From Bacillota bacterium (lineage in GTDB: Bacteria; Bacillota; Clostridia; Lachnospirales; Lachnospiraceae): DNA of 64,000 bases. This document shows, piece after piece, positions 9,578-19,754 of this stretch. Under the pieces are notes generated by a model. The model saw nothing but the letters and a program-made list of their open reading frames with translations. It ran no database searches and was not told the origin of the DNA. Location of the stretch: NCBI GenBank assembly GCA_023389295.1, contig JAEWEO010000198.1, positions 6,688-70,687 on the forward strand, written 5' to 3'. Position numbers and translations under genes: made by a program. Within the stretch, counting starts at the first letter, position 1. The number at the start of each line of letters is the position of its first letter.

Positions 9578-10846
9578 ATGGTTTTGGTATATAACTATTT
9601 AATCGATAGCTTGCCTATACATAAAGATACGAAATATCCAATCAGTAAAAAGAATGAGCTTAAGAAGGTTTATAATGAGATTGTAAACCTTAGTAAAAAC
9701 GCGCCTTTTTATAAGATAAACCTAACCAAAGAAAATCAGGAATATACCATTGGAATCAAAGAGGCGGCCCTTGCTCTAAAGTCAAAAATTATTGATTTAA
9801 CTGATTCGGATTTATCTGGATTTCAAAACAAAAGAGTCAAGGTAAGTGATGACAAAATTCTCTATGCAAATTTAACGAAGGATTCCTTGGAAGGACTTCC
9901 GGAAGCTATCAAAATTGAAGTAAAGTCACTTGCAAAAGTTCAAATTAATCGAGGGAAAGAGATTTTATTAACCTCGCACGGCTTACCAAGTAAAGAATAT
10001 CGGTTTTCTGCTACGATTGGTGAGGAAGAATATCTTTTAAACTATAATCATGCGACAAGAATGGAAAATAAAGAGAGTCTGGAACAGATTGCAGATTTCT
10101 TAAACCAGTCCATACCCGGGATCCATGCGATAGTAGAACGTGGGAATACGAAAGAGTATGGTAGACTTGCTATAGCATCGGATATGTCCGGCAGATTTGG
10201 CGATCTAAAGTTTGAATTTGAAGATTTGGATGATAATCGATTTGGTGTAGTAGACTACTTTGGAATGAACCGTGTGGATCAGGAGGCTACCTATGCTCAT
10301 TTTATTCTAAATGGTATAGATAAAAGGACAGCGACGAACACGTTTACACTTGAAAATCGTTTGAAGATTACTTTACAAAAGGAGGGAGTTGCTAATTTAA
10401 AGATAGTATCTGACCATGAAAAAATACTTTCCTCCGTTAATTCCATTATGATTACCTACAATGAGATGATAAAGCTTGTTAAGGAACGATATCTGGAAGG
10501 GAAAGAATATAAAGTGAACCGCTTGATGGAAGAAATGAGAAGTCTGGAAGATGTTTATAAAGAAGAGTTATCCGCTTGTGGATGGATTGTATTAGAGGAT
10601 GGTAGCCTAGAGCTGGAGGAATCACTTGGTATATTGGCAGCAGAAGATGGCGGTATGGAGAGTTTATTTACTCGTGAAAACGGATTCATTGCAAGGCTTC
10701 TAAAAAAAGCAGAAACCATTGCAATAAATCCGATGGAATATCTGGATAAAACAATTGTGACTTATCCAAACCATGAAAAAAGTAATTATCCTAATCCATA
10801 TGTAACTTCCATATATAGTGGGATGCTTTTTAATTCTTATTGTTAA
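9578..10846 (+). CDS. Hypothetical protein, probably flagellar cap FliD-like
   Basis: Segments VKSLAKVQIN and AHFILNGIDKRTATNTFTL resemble FliD middle/C-terminal regions; recognised from memory, no search run. Confidence 0.5.
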   Translation: MVLVYNYLIDSLPIHKDTKYPISKKNELKKVYNEIVNLSKNAPFYKINLTKENQEYTIGIKEAALALKSKIIDLTDSDLSGFQNKRVKVSDDKILYANLTKDSLEGLPEAIKIEVKSLAKVQINRGKEILLTSHGLPSKEYRFSATIGEEEYLLNYNHATRMENKESLEQIADFLNQSIPGIHAIVERGNTKEYGRLAIASDMSGRFGDLKFEFEDLDDNRFGVVDYFGMNRVDQEATYAHFILNGIDKRTATNTFTLENRLKITLQKEGVANLKIVSDHEKILSSVNSIMITYNEMIKLVKERYLEGKEYKVNRLMEEMRSLEDVYKEELSACGWIVLEDGSLELEESLGILAAEDGGMESLFTRENGFIARLLKKAETIAINPMEYLDKTIVTYPNHEKSNYPNPYVTSIYSGMLFNSYC

Positions 10847-12081
10847 GATGTGGAATTAGCCTTTACATATTCACTAGGGGTAATGCCGATTCTTTTCTTG
10901 AAAATTCGACTGAAGTAATTTGGATCCTTATAGCCTACCATAAAACATACTTCCTTAACGGTTAAATTTGAATTGGTTAATAATTCTTTTGCTTTTCTTA
11001 CTCTAAGCATAGATAACCAATCGATAAAATTAAAACCCGTAGTTTTCTTAATTAATTTACTAAAGTATTGTGGGCTTATATTCACATACTCTGCCATATC
11101 CTCTAAAGAGATATCTTCGGAATAATGATTCTCAAGATATTCTTTCGTTGCCTTAACGATATGGTTAGAATAGTCTATGGTGCTTTGCGGCTTTTCATAT
11201 TTAGTAATATACATAAACATCTGGTATGCATAATCAATAATCGTATGATCACTATGGTTTGATAAATCCGTAGCAATCTTCATATAATCTAAAGGCTTGA
11301 TCTCAGTAGTACTATCTTGGCTGATGGCATAATTCATTAGTACAAGTATCTCTAATACCTTATTTCGTTTCATAGAATCATTTAAGGGTCTTACCCATTC
11401 CATTAACAATCCAAAATAATCAAAGGCATCAGATTTACGAAGTCGTACTGCATCAAAAAGACGCGTTTCCGTTACCATATAATCAAAGTTATGATTTACT
11501 TGTTCATTCAAGACATCAAGATAAAAAACAATGGGAGCTGAATGGTAGTGAAAGAGGCAGGATAATGCGGAAGAAAAAGAAGAGTAGAGGGATTGCATAC
11601 TCTGCATACTTCCAATTCCGGCGATTACATTTAAATAAAACTTCTTCTCAATACCCCCTATCAACTCATTACATAAGACGGTACTTTCCTCTCTTAATTG
11701 TGTCTCCGTAAGAAGATGATCTTCCGTAATTAAGATGCCTATTCGATTTGTTAGTAAAGGACTAACACAACATTTTTTCCTATTCAATATCTTTTTGATG
11801 GTTTGATATATAAGAAAATCATCTATGGATAAGGCGGCAGTAGATTCTTTGATTTCAAGAATGATTAGATAACCATGCTCCCCCAACTGCAACAATTTTT
11901 GAAAGTAAAAAATCTCGTGGGGCAAACAGCTTCTGAAAAAGGTGGAAAACATAAAATTTTTCTCAAGGAAGTAGCGTTCATCGTCCATAAAATCGTTTAT
12001 ACTAGACGATAAAATATCCTTTTGAAGACTATCCCAGAAATTTCTTTGATCTGATGTGATCTTCTGATTGTAAGAACTCAT
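10843..12081 (-). CDS. AraC family transcriptional regulator
   Basis: C-terminal AraC double HTH (ISLEDMAEYVNISPQYFSKLIKK; VGYKDPNYFSRIFKK). Confidence 0.92.
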   Translation of the reverse strand: MSSYNQKITSDQRNFWDSLQKDILSSSINDFMDDERYFLEKNFMFSTFFRSCLPHEIFYFQKLLQLGEHGYLIILEIKESTAALSIDDFLIYQTIKKILNRKKCCVSPLLTNRIGILITEDHLLTETQLREESTVLCNELIGGIEKKFYLNVIAGIGSMQSMQSLYSSFSSALSCLFHYHSAPIVFYLDVLNEQVNHNFDYMVTETRLFDAVRLRKSDAFDYFGLLMEWVRPLNDSMKRNKVLEILVLMNYAISQDSTTEIKPLDYMKIATDLSNHSDHTIIDYAYQMFMYITKYEKPQSTIDYSNHIVKATKEYLENHYSEDISLEDMAEYVNISPQYFSKLIKKTTGFNFIDWLSMLRVRKAKELLTNSNLTVKEVCFMVGYKDPNYFSRIFKKRIGITPSEYVKANSTS

Positions 12082-12300
12082 AATAACATCTCCTATTAGA
12101 GGGCGGATGACTAAATAAAAAAATAGTATGTGTAATTATACCATATGTTGGTCTAAAATGCACTACCAAAATATGCATAATACTCGTAATATGTCGTAAT
12201 AGTTTGTTAAACTTAATTAATGATTTTGCCATATGATTGCCAATTCTAGTAGATAGGATTATCATGTAAAGACATAACATCAGACAGAATGGGGGTTCAA

Positions 12301-14505
12301 ATGATGAAGAAAAGTAGACAATTAAAGCTAATCATAGCAATCACCTTCACAATTCTGGCAATGATAACGTTTTATAAAGGTGCATCTGTAACAAAACAGC
12401 AGATGCTATATGATAAATCAAATGGCGAAATAGTCGTAGTCTTTCACGAAGAATTAACAGATAGTAGTATTAATTCTTTCATGGAGAAATACAAACCCTA
12501 TGCTAATATTGATAAACTTATTGGAGATTATGCTCTTATTTCGGTTAATGAGGCATCAAACTATGAGACGGTTCTAAGAAGCCTAAAGGAAGATGCATTG
12601 GTAAATACGGCTCAGGCAAATAGTCGAGTTCGTATTATGAGTAGCACGAATGATCCTTATTCAGATACACAGTGGTACATAGACAACTCGGGTCAATATA
12701 TTACCATATCCAAAGGACTAAAACGTAAAGTATCTTCTTATGAAGATGTTGATATGGATGTATCCGAAGCATGGGATTACATGGCACAGACAAAAGCAGC
12801 GACCAAAGAGGTTGTCATTGCTGTTATAGATACCGGTATTGATTATAAGCATCCGGAGTTAGCTGATCATATGTGGATAAACGAAGGGGAGATACCCGGA
12901 GATAATATCGATAATGATAATAATGGCTATGTAGATGATATCTATGGATGGGATTTTTATAATAATGATGCTACCATCTGCCATTATAATAGCAATGATA
13001 AGGCTTCTGATAAGGATAATGATAATCATGGTACCCACGTAGCCGGAGTTATAGCTGCCTTGGCTAATAATAAGCTCGGAATAGCAGGAATTGCTTCTAA
13101 TGTAAACGTGAAAATCATGTCGTTAAAGATTAATGGTGGTAGTAAAGGAGAAGGTAATTTAAATAGTGCAATCGAGGCAATCAAATATGCAACCATGATG
13201 GGAGCGGATATCTGTAATCTAAGTTGGGGTACTGATGTGTATTTGGAAGGTCTTGAGGAGATTATGAGAGAATCTAATATGTTATTTGTTACAGCGGCCG
13301 GTAATACCGGTGATGATAACGATATTAATCCCGTGTATCCTGCAAGTTTTACTATGGATAATCTGATTTCGGTAACCTTTGTTGATAGTAACGGGATGCT
13401 AACAGGACTCTCGAATTATGGACTTGATAGTGTTGACTTGGCAGCACCGGGAACTGATATTTACAGTACCATTGTAGGTGGCTATGGCAACATGAGTGGT
13501 TCCTCCATGGCAGCACCTCAGGTATCGGCAGTTGCTGCGATGCTTTATGCACAGAAGGATCATCTCTATGCGGCTAACGTAAAGGATATTATCACCTTGA
13601 ATATTAAGGAACTGGAAGGTTTGGAGAATTATATGATTCATGGTGGAATTCCAAGTGCGTATAAAGCGGTTGTGGCAACGGATCTACTAATTCAGGATAA
13701 ATCGGCACCGGTACTAACTCTTAGTAGTTCATTTGACAAGGCACAGATGACGGTATCTGTAAAAGTGAAGGACTCCGGAGATTCACAGGTAAGAGTAGTA
13801 AAATGGATCTACGGATCCAAAACAATAGAAGATTTTAAAAAGGGAATGAATGGAACGACCGTAAAAAACGGTAAAGTAAATCTATCAAAGGCAGGAAAGT
13901 ATACCTTCTATGCAGTAGATTATGCTGGTAATGAGACGGCTAAGGTATATGATGTAAAAGAGGATAAAGAAGCACCAAAGATTGTTACAACCTTTACGGT
14001 GTCTTCCAATTATAAAACAAGAACAGTTACCGTACTGGCATCGGATAAGCAAAGTGGTGTTAAGCGTGTAAAATATATGGAAGGTGTAAAGCGTGCAGAA
14101 GATTTTCTTCCTGCAAAGGCAGGTATTACAGTAACAGTTAAGGATGGCAAAGGTACCTTTAAGGTAAAGAAAGACGGAGTCTATACGATCTTTGCAGCTG
14201 ATAATCGAGGCAATATCACAGCTAGACCGATTATTGTAAAAACGGTAAAAATAACAGAATTCAAATTCCTTAGCGAAGATATTACCATAGAAGTGGAAGG
14301 GATTTTTCAACTAAGATCCTATGTAAAGCCCACAGCATATACGGATAAAATAACCTATACTAGTTCGAATGAAAAAGTAGCCATTGTCTCATCCACCGGT
14401 AAGATTACTGCAATCTCAAAAGGTACTGTATATATTACAGCGAAGACGGCAAGTGGGTTAAGTTCAAAATGTAAGGTGAAGGTTATCCCAAAGAAAAAAG
14501 AATAG
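12301..14505 (+). CDS. Secreted S8 (subtilisin-like) serine peptidase with C-terminal Ig-like domain
   Basis: Signal/TM segment; catalytic triad VIDTG, HGTHVAG and GSSMAAP; Big_2-like YTSSNEKVAIVSSTGKITA. Confidence 0.92.
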   Translation: MMKKSRQLKLIIAITFTILAMITFYKGASVTKQQMLYDKSNGEIVVVFHEELTDSSINSFMEKYKPYANIDKLIGDYALISVNEASNYETVLRSLKEDALVNTAQANSRVRIMSSTNDPYSDTQWYIDNSGQYITISKGLKRKVSSYEDVDMDVSEAWDYMAQTKAATKEVVIAVIDTGIDYKHPELADHMWINEGEIPGDNIDNDNNGYVDDIYGWDFYNNDATICHYNSNDKASDKDNDNHGTHVAGVIAALANNKLGIAGIASNVNVKIMSLKINGGSKGEGNLNSAIEAIKYATMMGADICNLSWGTDVYLEGLEEIMRESNMLFVTAAGNTGDDNDINPVYPASFTMDNLISVTFVDSNGMLTGLSNYGLDSVDLAAPGTDIYSTIVGGYGNMSGSSMAAPQVSAVAAMLYAQKDHLYAANVKDIITLNIKELEGLENYMIHGGIPSAYKAVVATDLLIQDKSAPVLTLSSSFDKAQMTVSVKVKDSGDSQVRVVKWIYGSKTIEDFKKGMNGTTVKNGKVNLSKAGKYTFYAVDYAGNETAKVYDVKEDKEAPKIVTTFTVSSNYKTRTVTVLASDKQSGVKRVKYMEGVKRAEDFLPAKAGITVTVKDGKGTFKVKKDGVYTIFAADNRGNITARPIIVKTVKITEFKFLSEDITIEVEGIFQLRSYVKPTAYTDKITYTSSNEKVAIVSSTGKITAISKGTVYITAKTASGLSSKCKVKVIPKKKE

Positions 14506-14709
14506 GGAACAGCAAGATAATTATGAAAAGGAAACTTAAACATTAGAAAGGGTGTTAATTAGAAGTTTTTAGAAAGAATTTATTTTTTAAAAATGTAAAT
14601 GCTAATTAACACCTTTACAATGATAGAACATTGAAGTACAATGAGTTTAGATAAAATAATTATAATGAGATAAGCAAATAGCTTCTAGAATTGTCTGTGT
14701 AAAAAAATG

Positions 14710-14738
14710 TTGACGTACAAACTTGGGTATGATATATT
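14710..14738 (+). promoter_or_regulatory. Sigma-A promoter for rpmG-secE-nusG
   Basis: TTGACG-17 bp-TATATT. Confidence 0.7.
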
Positions 14739-14879
14739 AAGAAAGCGAAGAAAGAGGGCTTTTTTTTTATGCCTAAAAAATGGTTCTCTAGCAAACTAAG
14801 CGAATAAGTCACACTGAATCATTACCAGTAGGTCAATGTGACAGTAAACTTGCGCAACAAGAAATCGGAGGTGGATATT

Positions 14880-15029
14880 GTGCGCGTAAAAATTACACTT
14901 GCATGTACAGATTGCAAACAACGCAATTACAACATGACAAAGGAAAAGAAGACTCATCCAGACAGAATGGAAACAAAGAAATATTGTAAATTCTGTAGAA
15001 GCCACACATTGCACAAAGAAACGAAATAA
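14880..15029 (+). CDS. rpmG: 50S ribosomal protein L33 (zinc-binding type)
   Basis: GTG start after [23 protein letters not shown]...YCKFC. Confidence 0.97.
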   Translation: MRVKITLACTDCKQRNYNMTKEKKTHPDRMETKKYCKFCRSHTLHKETK

Positions 15030-15053
15030 TTATATCTGAAAGGAAGAGAAGAC

Positions 15054-15263
15054 ATGGGAGAGATGGCTAATACTACAACCGAGAAGGCTCCAAAGAGAAG
15101 CTGGTTCAAGGGGATTAAGTCCGAGTTCAAGAAAATCGTTTGGCCGGATAAAGAGTATCTTGCGAAACAAGCAGTTGCTGTCATATCAGTTACCATTGTT
15201 TTAGGAATAGTTATTTACGTATTGGACTATGCAATCGAACAAGGTATTGCTTTCTTATTATAG
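15054..15263 (+). CDS. secE: Preprotein translocase subunit SecE
   Basis: EFKKIVWP motif, single TM helix, conserved synteny. Confidence 0.95.
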   Translation: MGEMANTTTEKAPKRSWFKGIKSEFKKIVWPDKEYLAKQAVAVISVTIVLGIVIYVLDYAIEQGIAFLL

Positions 15264-15278
15264 GATAAGGGTGAGGAT

Positions 15279-15800
15279 ATGTCAGAAGCAAATTGGTATG
15301 TTGTTCACACCTATTCTGGGTATGAGAACAAAGTAAAAGCGAACATCGAAAAGACAATCGAAAACAGAAAGCTGCAGGATCAGATCTTAGAAGTATCTGT
15401 ACCGATGCAAGACGTCATTGAAGTGAAAAACGGCGTTAAGAAACGTGTTCAAAAGAAGATGTTTCCCGGTTATGTACTGCTCCATATGGTTATGAATGAT
15501 GACGTATGGTATGTAGTTCGTAATACCAGAGGAGTAACAGGCTTTGTAGGACCCGATTCAAAACAACCGGTTCCTTTGACTGAAACAGAAATGCAAAGCA
15601 TGGGAATTAAGAATGATGAAGTGTCCCTTGATTTTGAGATTGGTGATACTGTAACTGTAATCGCCGGTGTATGGGAGAATACTACAGGTCTAATCAGACA
15701 AATCAATGAACACAAGCAGACAATTACCATTAGCGTGGATATGTTTGGACGTGAAACACCCGTTGAGATTGGTTTTGGCGAAGTAAAAGTTCGTAGGTAA
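15279..15800 (+). CDS. nusG: Transcription factor NusG
   Basis: WYVVHTYSGYENKV; KOW domain; MFGRETPVE. Confidence 0.98.
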   Translation: MSEANWYVVHTYSGYENKVKANIEKTIENRKLQDQILEVSVPMQDVIEVKNGVKKRVQKKMFPGYVLLHMVMNDDVWYVVRNTRGVTGFVGPDSKQPVPLTETEMQSMGIKNDEVSLDFEIGDTVTVIAGVWENTTGLIRQINEHKQTITISVDMFGRETPVEIGFGEVKVRR

Positions 15801-15991
15801 CAAAATAGCATCTAAGTCATTAACATGATTTTATTTGCTAAGATATCTTGTTGGTTTCAATTGTGCAAGAAATATCGTGAATGCAATGGAAAAGTGGAAA
15901 ACACTTTACAAGTGAGTTATAGGCATAATTCACTTGGCGACACCGTCATTTGTTGACGGAATAGATGTGATTTACATCTATGGTTCTTTAC

Positions 15992-16019
15992 GTGGGAGGG
16001 GAATTCCCGCAAACACCAC
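15992..16019 (+). promoter_or_regulatory. L1-binding leader upstream of rplK
   Basis: GTGGGAG-GGGAATTCCC-GCAAACACCAC matches the L1 autoregulatory site architecture, next to the RBS. Confidence 0.75.
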
Positions 16020-16040
16020 ATTATCAGGAGGTATGCTATC

Positions 16041-16466
16041 ATGGCAAAAAAAGTAACAGGTTATATCAAATTACAGATCCCCGCTGGCAAGGCTACACCG
16101 GCTCCCCCGGTTGGACCCGCACTCGGTCAGCATGGTGTGAACATTGTACAGTTCACAAAGGAATTTAATGCAAGAACAGCAGATCAGGATGGAATTATTA
16201 CTCCAGTAGTTATTACTGTATATGCAGATAGAAGCTTCAGCTTCGTAACAAAGACTCCTCCGGCAGCAGTTTTAATTAAGAAAGCACTTAATCTGAAATC
16301 CGGTTCCGCTGCTCCTAACAAGACTAAGGTAGCTAAACTTAGCCAAGCAGAACTCAGAAAGATCGCTGAGCTTAAAATGCCTGATTTAAATGCAGCTAGC
16401 GTAGAAGCAGCTATGAGCATGGTTGCTGGAACAGCTAGAAGTATGGGCGTTACAATCGAAGACTAA
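16041..16466 (+). CDS. rplK: 50S ribosomal protein L11
   Basis: [16 protein letters not shown]. Confidence 0.99.
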   Translation: MAKKVTGYIKLQIPAGKATPAPPVGPALGQHGVNIVQFTKEFNARTADQDGIITPVVITVYADRSFSFVTKTPPAAVLIKKALNLKSGSAAPNKTKVAKLSQAELRKIAELKMPDLNAASVEAAMSMVAGTARSMGVTIED

Positions 16467-16520
16467 TAAAGAATGCAACAGCATAGTTGAAAGATATTAT
16501 GCGATTTAGAATCTAATAAC

Positions 16521-16619
16521 GTGGGAGGAAATGCCAAGGTAAATATCCATTGGCAGCAGAATTATAGTTCTTCTGTTATAAACTGAATGAAGTGTTCTGC
16601 TTTCTTCCGATAAAACCAC
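16521..16619 (+). promoter_or_regulatory. Second L1-binding site upstream of rplA, with a large structured insert
   Basis: GTGGGAGGAA...TTCCGATAAAACCAC directly before RBS AGGAGG. Confidence 0.65.
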
Positions 16620-16634
16620 TAGGAGGTTTATAGA

Positions 16635-17327
16635 ATGAAAAGAGGAAAGAAATATACAGATTCTGCAAAGTTAATTGACAGATCCGTTCAATACGATGCA
16701 GGAGAAGCTATTGCTTTAGTTAAAAAAGCGGCAGTAGCGAAATTTGATGAAACAATCGAAGCTCACATCAGACTTGGTGTTGACGGTCGTCATGCTGATC
16801 AACAGGTTCGTGGTGCGGTAGTATTACCTCACGGAACCGGTAAGACAGTACGTGTACTTGTATTTGCAAAAGGTGATAAAGCAAATGAAGCTTTAGCAGC
16901 TGGTGCAGATTTCGTAGGTGCAGAGGACTTAATTCCTAAGATTCAGAATGAAAACTGGTTTGAATTCGATGTAGTAGTAGCAACACCTGACATGATGGGT
17001 GTAGTTGGTCGTTTGGGACGTGTTCTTGGACCTAAGGGCTTAATGCCAAACCCTAAAGCTGGTACTGTTACTATGGACGTTACTAAGGCTGTTAACGACA
17101 TTAAAGCTGGTAAGATTGAATACAGATTGGATAAGACAAACATTATCCACGTTCCGCTTGGTAAAGCTTCCTTTACTGAGGAAATGTTAAATGATAACTT
17201 CCAGACTTTAATTGGTGCTGTAGTTAAAGCGAAGCCCTCCGCAGCAAAGGGACAATATTTAAGAAGCGTAACCTTAGCTTCCACAATGGGTCCTGGCGTG
17301 AAGCTTAATACAGCTAAGTTAGGCTAA
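16635..17327 (+). CDS. rplA: 50S ribosomal protein L1
   Basis: [23 protein letters not shown]. Confidence 0.99.
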   Translation: MKRGKKYTDSAKLIDRSVQYDAGEAIALVKKAAVAKFDETIEAHIRLGVDGRHADQQVRGAVVLPHGTGKTVRVLVFAKGDKANEALAAGADFVGAEDLIPKIQNENWFEFDVVVATPDMMGVVGRLGRVLGPKGLMPNPKAGTVTMDVTKAVNDIKAGKIEYRLDKTNIIHVPLGKASFTEEMLNDNFQTLIGAVVKAKPSAAKGQYLRSVTLASTMGPGVKLNTAKLG

Positions 17328-17365
17328 GTAGAAGTAATAAAACCGAATAAATAACAAAATAGGGA

Positions 17366-17395
17366 TTGACATGTCTCCAAAAGTAATGTTATAAT
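17366..17395 (+). promoter_or_regulatory. Sigma-A promoter for rplJL
   Basis: TTGACA-18 bp-TATAAT with TG extension. Confidence 0.75.
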
Positions 17396-17411
17396 CCCAT
17401 TTGTGAATAGA

Positions 17412-17530
17412 ACTGCCGAAGACAGTAGGTGCCGTAAGGCATAAGGTGAAAACGCCTACCGAGGAAAAGTTGATTTAAATCTTATTGATTTTATTGACCT
17501 CTTTCTGCTTTGGCAGGAAGAGGTTTTTTG
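17412..17530 (+). ncRNA. L10 leader (ribosomal protein attenuator)
   Basis: GAAGACAGTAGG...TAA...CCTACCGAGG core, then terminator CCTCTTTCTGC-TTTG-GCAGGAAGAGG-TTTTTT. Confidence 0.9.
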
Positions 17531-17625
17531 TATCCTATGAAACCTCGTTTTGAAGTCTAGATAGGATACAGCAAAAAGGTTGCCGGATATCCGCAGTCTA
17601 TATAAGATACAAGGAGGTGTACGTA

Positions 17626-18111
17626 ATGGCAAAAGTTGAATTAAAACAACCCGTTGTTGAAGAAATTAAGGGCTATGTAGCAGACGCGAAAGCAGCTGTA
17701 TTAGTTGACTACCGTGGTTTGACCGTTGCTCAAGATACTGAGCTTCGTAAAAAGTTAAGAGAAGCTGGTGTAGTATATAAAGTATACAAGAACACAATGC
17801 TTAACTTTGCATTTAAAGGAACAGAATTTGAAGCGTTGTCAAAGGATTTAAATGGTCCTTCTGCTATTGCTTTCGGTATGGAGGATGCAACAGCTCCTGC
17901 AAGAATATTACTTGAATGCACAAAGACAATGCCTAAGTTAGAGTTTAAATCAGGTGTTGTTGAAGGAACTTACTATGATGCGAAGGGAATTCAGGTTATC
18001 GCAACTATTCCTTCAAGAGAAGTTCTTATTTCCAAGTTACTTGGAAGCTTACAGTCACCGATTGCAAACTTTGCTCGTGTTATTAAACAAATCGCTGAGA
18101 AGCAGGCTTAA
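17626..18111 (+). CDS. rplJ: 50S ribosomal protein L10
   Basis: VDYRGLTVAQDTELRKKLR; VYKNT. Confidence 0.98.
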   Translation: MAKVELKQPVVEEIKGYVADAKAAVLVDYRGLTVAQDTELRKKLREAGVVYKVYKNTMLNFAFKGTEFEALSKDLNGPSAIAFGMEDATAPARILLECTKTMPKLEFKSGVVEGTYYDAKGIQVIATIPSREVLISKLLGSLQSPIANFARVIKQIAEKQA

Positions 18112-18207
18112 TTACAGCTACTGAGATTTGTTTTGCAAATCGCTGAGAAACAAGCTTAATTACAGCTACTGAGATTTGTTCCACAAATCGCTGAGAAACA
18201 AGCTTAA
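18088..18207 (+). repeat. 2.5 copies of a 48-bp tandem repeat duplicating the rplJ 3' end
   Basis: CAAATCGCTGAGAARCARGCTTAA at 18088, 18136 and 18184, separated by TTACAGCTACTGAGATTTGTT(TTG/CCA). Confidence 0.95.
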
Positions 18208-18327
18208 CATCATCAGTATTAATAACAGAACAGCTTGCTATGGTAAGCAATTATGAAACGTGATATTTTATGGGAACGCAATTAACCCGATATAAACAAA
18301 ACAATATTTTAATGGAGGTAAATCGTA

Positions 18328-18693
18328 ATGACAACTCAAGAATTTATCGAGGCAATTAAGGGCCTTACAGTATTAGAATTAAATGATTTAGTAAAAGCAT
18401 GTGAAGAAGAATTTGGTGTATCCGCAGCAGCAGGTGTTGTAGTAGCAGGTCCTGCAGCAGGTGGTGCTGAAGAAGAAGAGAAGACAGAGTTCAATATCGA
18501 ATTAACTGAAGCTGGCCCTAACAAGGTTAAGGTTATCAAAGTTGTTCGTGAAGTAACTGGTTTAGGCTTAAAAGAAGCTAAAGATCTTGTAGATGGCGCT
18601 CCTAAGGTAGTTAAAGAAGGCGCAAGCAAGGCTGAAGCTGAAGAAGTTAAGGCTAAGTTAGAAGCAGAAGGCGCTAAGGTTACTTTAAAGTAA
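18328..18693 (+). CDS. rplL: 50S ribosomal protein L7/L12
   Basis: [26 protein letters not shown]. Confidence 0.99.
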   Translation: MTTQEFIEAIKGLTVLELNDLVKACEEEFGVSAAAGVVVAGPAAGGAEEEEKTEFNIELTEAGPNKVKVIKVVREVTGLGLKEAKDLVDGAPKVVKEGASKAEAEEVKAKLEAEGAKVTLK

Positions 18694-18716
18694 TTTCAGT
18701 CCCTAGATTGACTATG

Positions 18717-18744
18717 AACCCCACTCGTAAGAGTGGGGTTTTTT
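18717..18744 (+). terminator. rplJL terminator
   Basis: AACCCCACTC-GTAA-GAGTGGGGTT followed by TTTT. Confidence 0.9.
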
Positions 18745-18815
18745 GTATTAGCTGTTTTTAAATTATAATTTACATATCGTGTTCGTACGATACTGTATGT
18801 CATGAATTTTAATGG

Positions 18816-19619
18816 CTAAATAAATAACAACAAACTAACTGCCATTACCGCCATTCCCGCAACAAGACCATAGATGGAAAGATGATGCTCTCCATACTCT
18901 CTTGCGGATGGAAGTAATTCATCGAGTGAGATATATACCATAATACCGGCTACCCCTGCAAATATTATTCCAAAGATAGTATCGTTCATAATAGGCATCA
19001 GGATTAAATAGCCTACGATGGCACCAACAGGCTCTGAGAGACCTGATAAGAAGGAGTATAAAAATGCTTTCTTACGGCTGCCCGTCGCATAATAAACTGG
19101 GACTGATACAGCAATACCTTCGGGTATATTATGTATTGCGATTGCAACTGCAATTGGGATTGCGATCGAAGGCTCCTGTAAGGCGGAAATAAAAGTTGCT
19201 AAGCCTTCCGGAAAGTTATGAATTCCAACAGCTAACGCGGTAAATAGTCCCATTCGAAGTAATTTTGAATTATTTTTAACGTTTGAATCAGTTAAATCTT
19301 CAACCTTATGTATCTCGTGTGGATTTTCCGCACTCGGTATTAGTTTATCAATAACAGCGATTAATAACATACCACCAAAGAATGCAATGACGGTAATCCA
19401 GGAGCCGAGCTTTATACCAAGCTCTGCAGTTAAGGAATCCTTCGCTTTCACAAAAATTTCTATAAGAGAAACATATATCATTACACCTGCGGAAAAACCT
19501 AAACTAATGGATAGAAATTTTGTGTTGGTCTTTTTTGTAAAAAACGCTAAAGCACTACCGATACCGGTACTAAGACCTGCAAACAGAGTGATAGCAAAGG
19601 CAAAAATAAGATTATTCAT
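18816..19619 (-). CDS. zupT: ZIP family zinc/metal transporter ZupT
   Basis: [10 protein letters not shown] and HNIPEGIAV motifs; multiple TM helices. Confidence 0.93.
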   Translation of the reverse strand: MNNLIFAFAITLFAGLSTGIGSALAFFTKKTNTKFLSISLGFSAGVMIYVSLIEIFVKAKDSLTAELGIKLGSWITVIAFFGGMLLIAVIDKLIPSAENPHEIHKVEDLTDSNVKNNSKLLRMGLFTALAVGIHNFPEGLATFISALQEPSIAIPIAVAIAIHNIPEGIAVSVPVYYATGSRKKAFLYSFLSGLSEPVGAIVGYLILMPIMNDTIFGIIFAGVAGIMVYISLDELLPSAREYGEHHLSIYGLVAGMAVMAVSLLLFI

Positions 19620-19754
19620 AATAAATCCTCCTTTGTGTCAATTGTGTTTAGTATAATAAAGATAGACAAATCTAATCGTTACTTTCAAAAACATATTTTC
19701 TATCTATAATATATACTATGGAGGGTATGATTAGCAAGGATAATTAGAATTTGA

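Noticed and set aside
14549..14616. Long inverted repeat after the S8 protease gene as a possible MITE
   Set aside because: Single copy with no target duplication; adequately explained as a terminator-type stem.
19665..19745. Possible Zur/MntR box upstream of zupT
   Set aside because: Only weak, partial palindromes in very AT-rich DNA; cannot be supported without a PWM.
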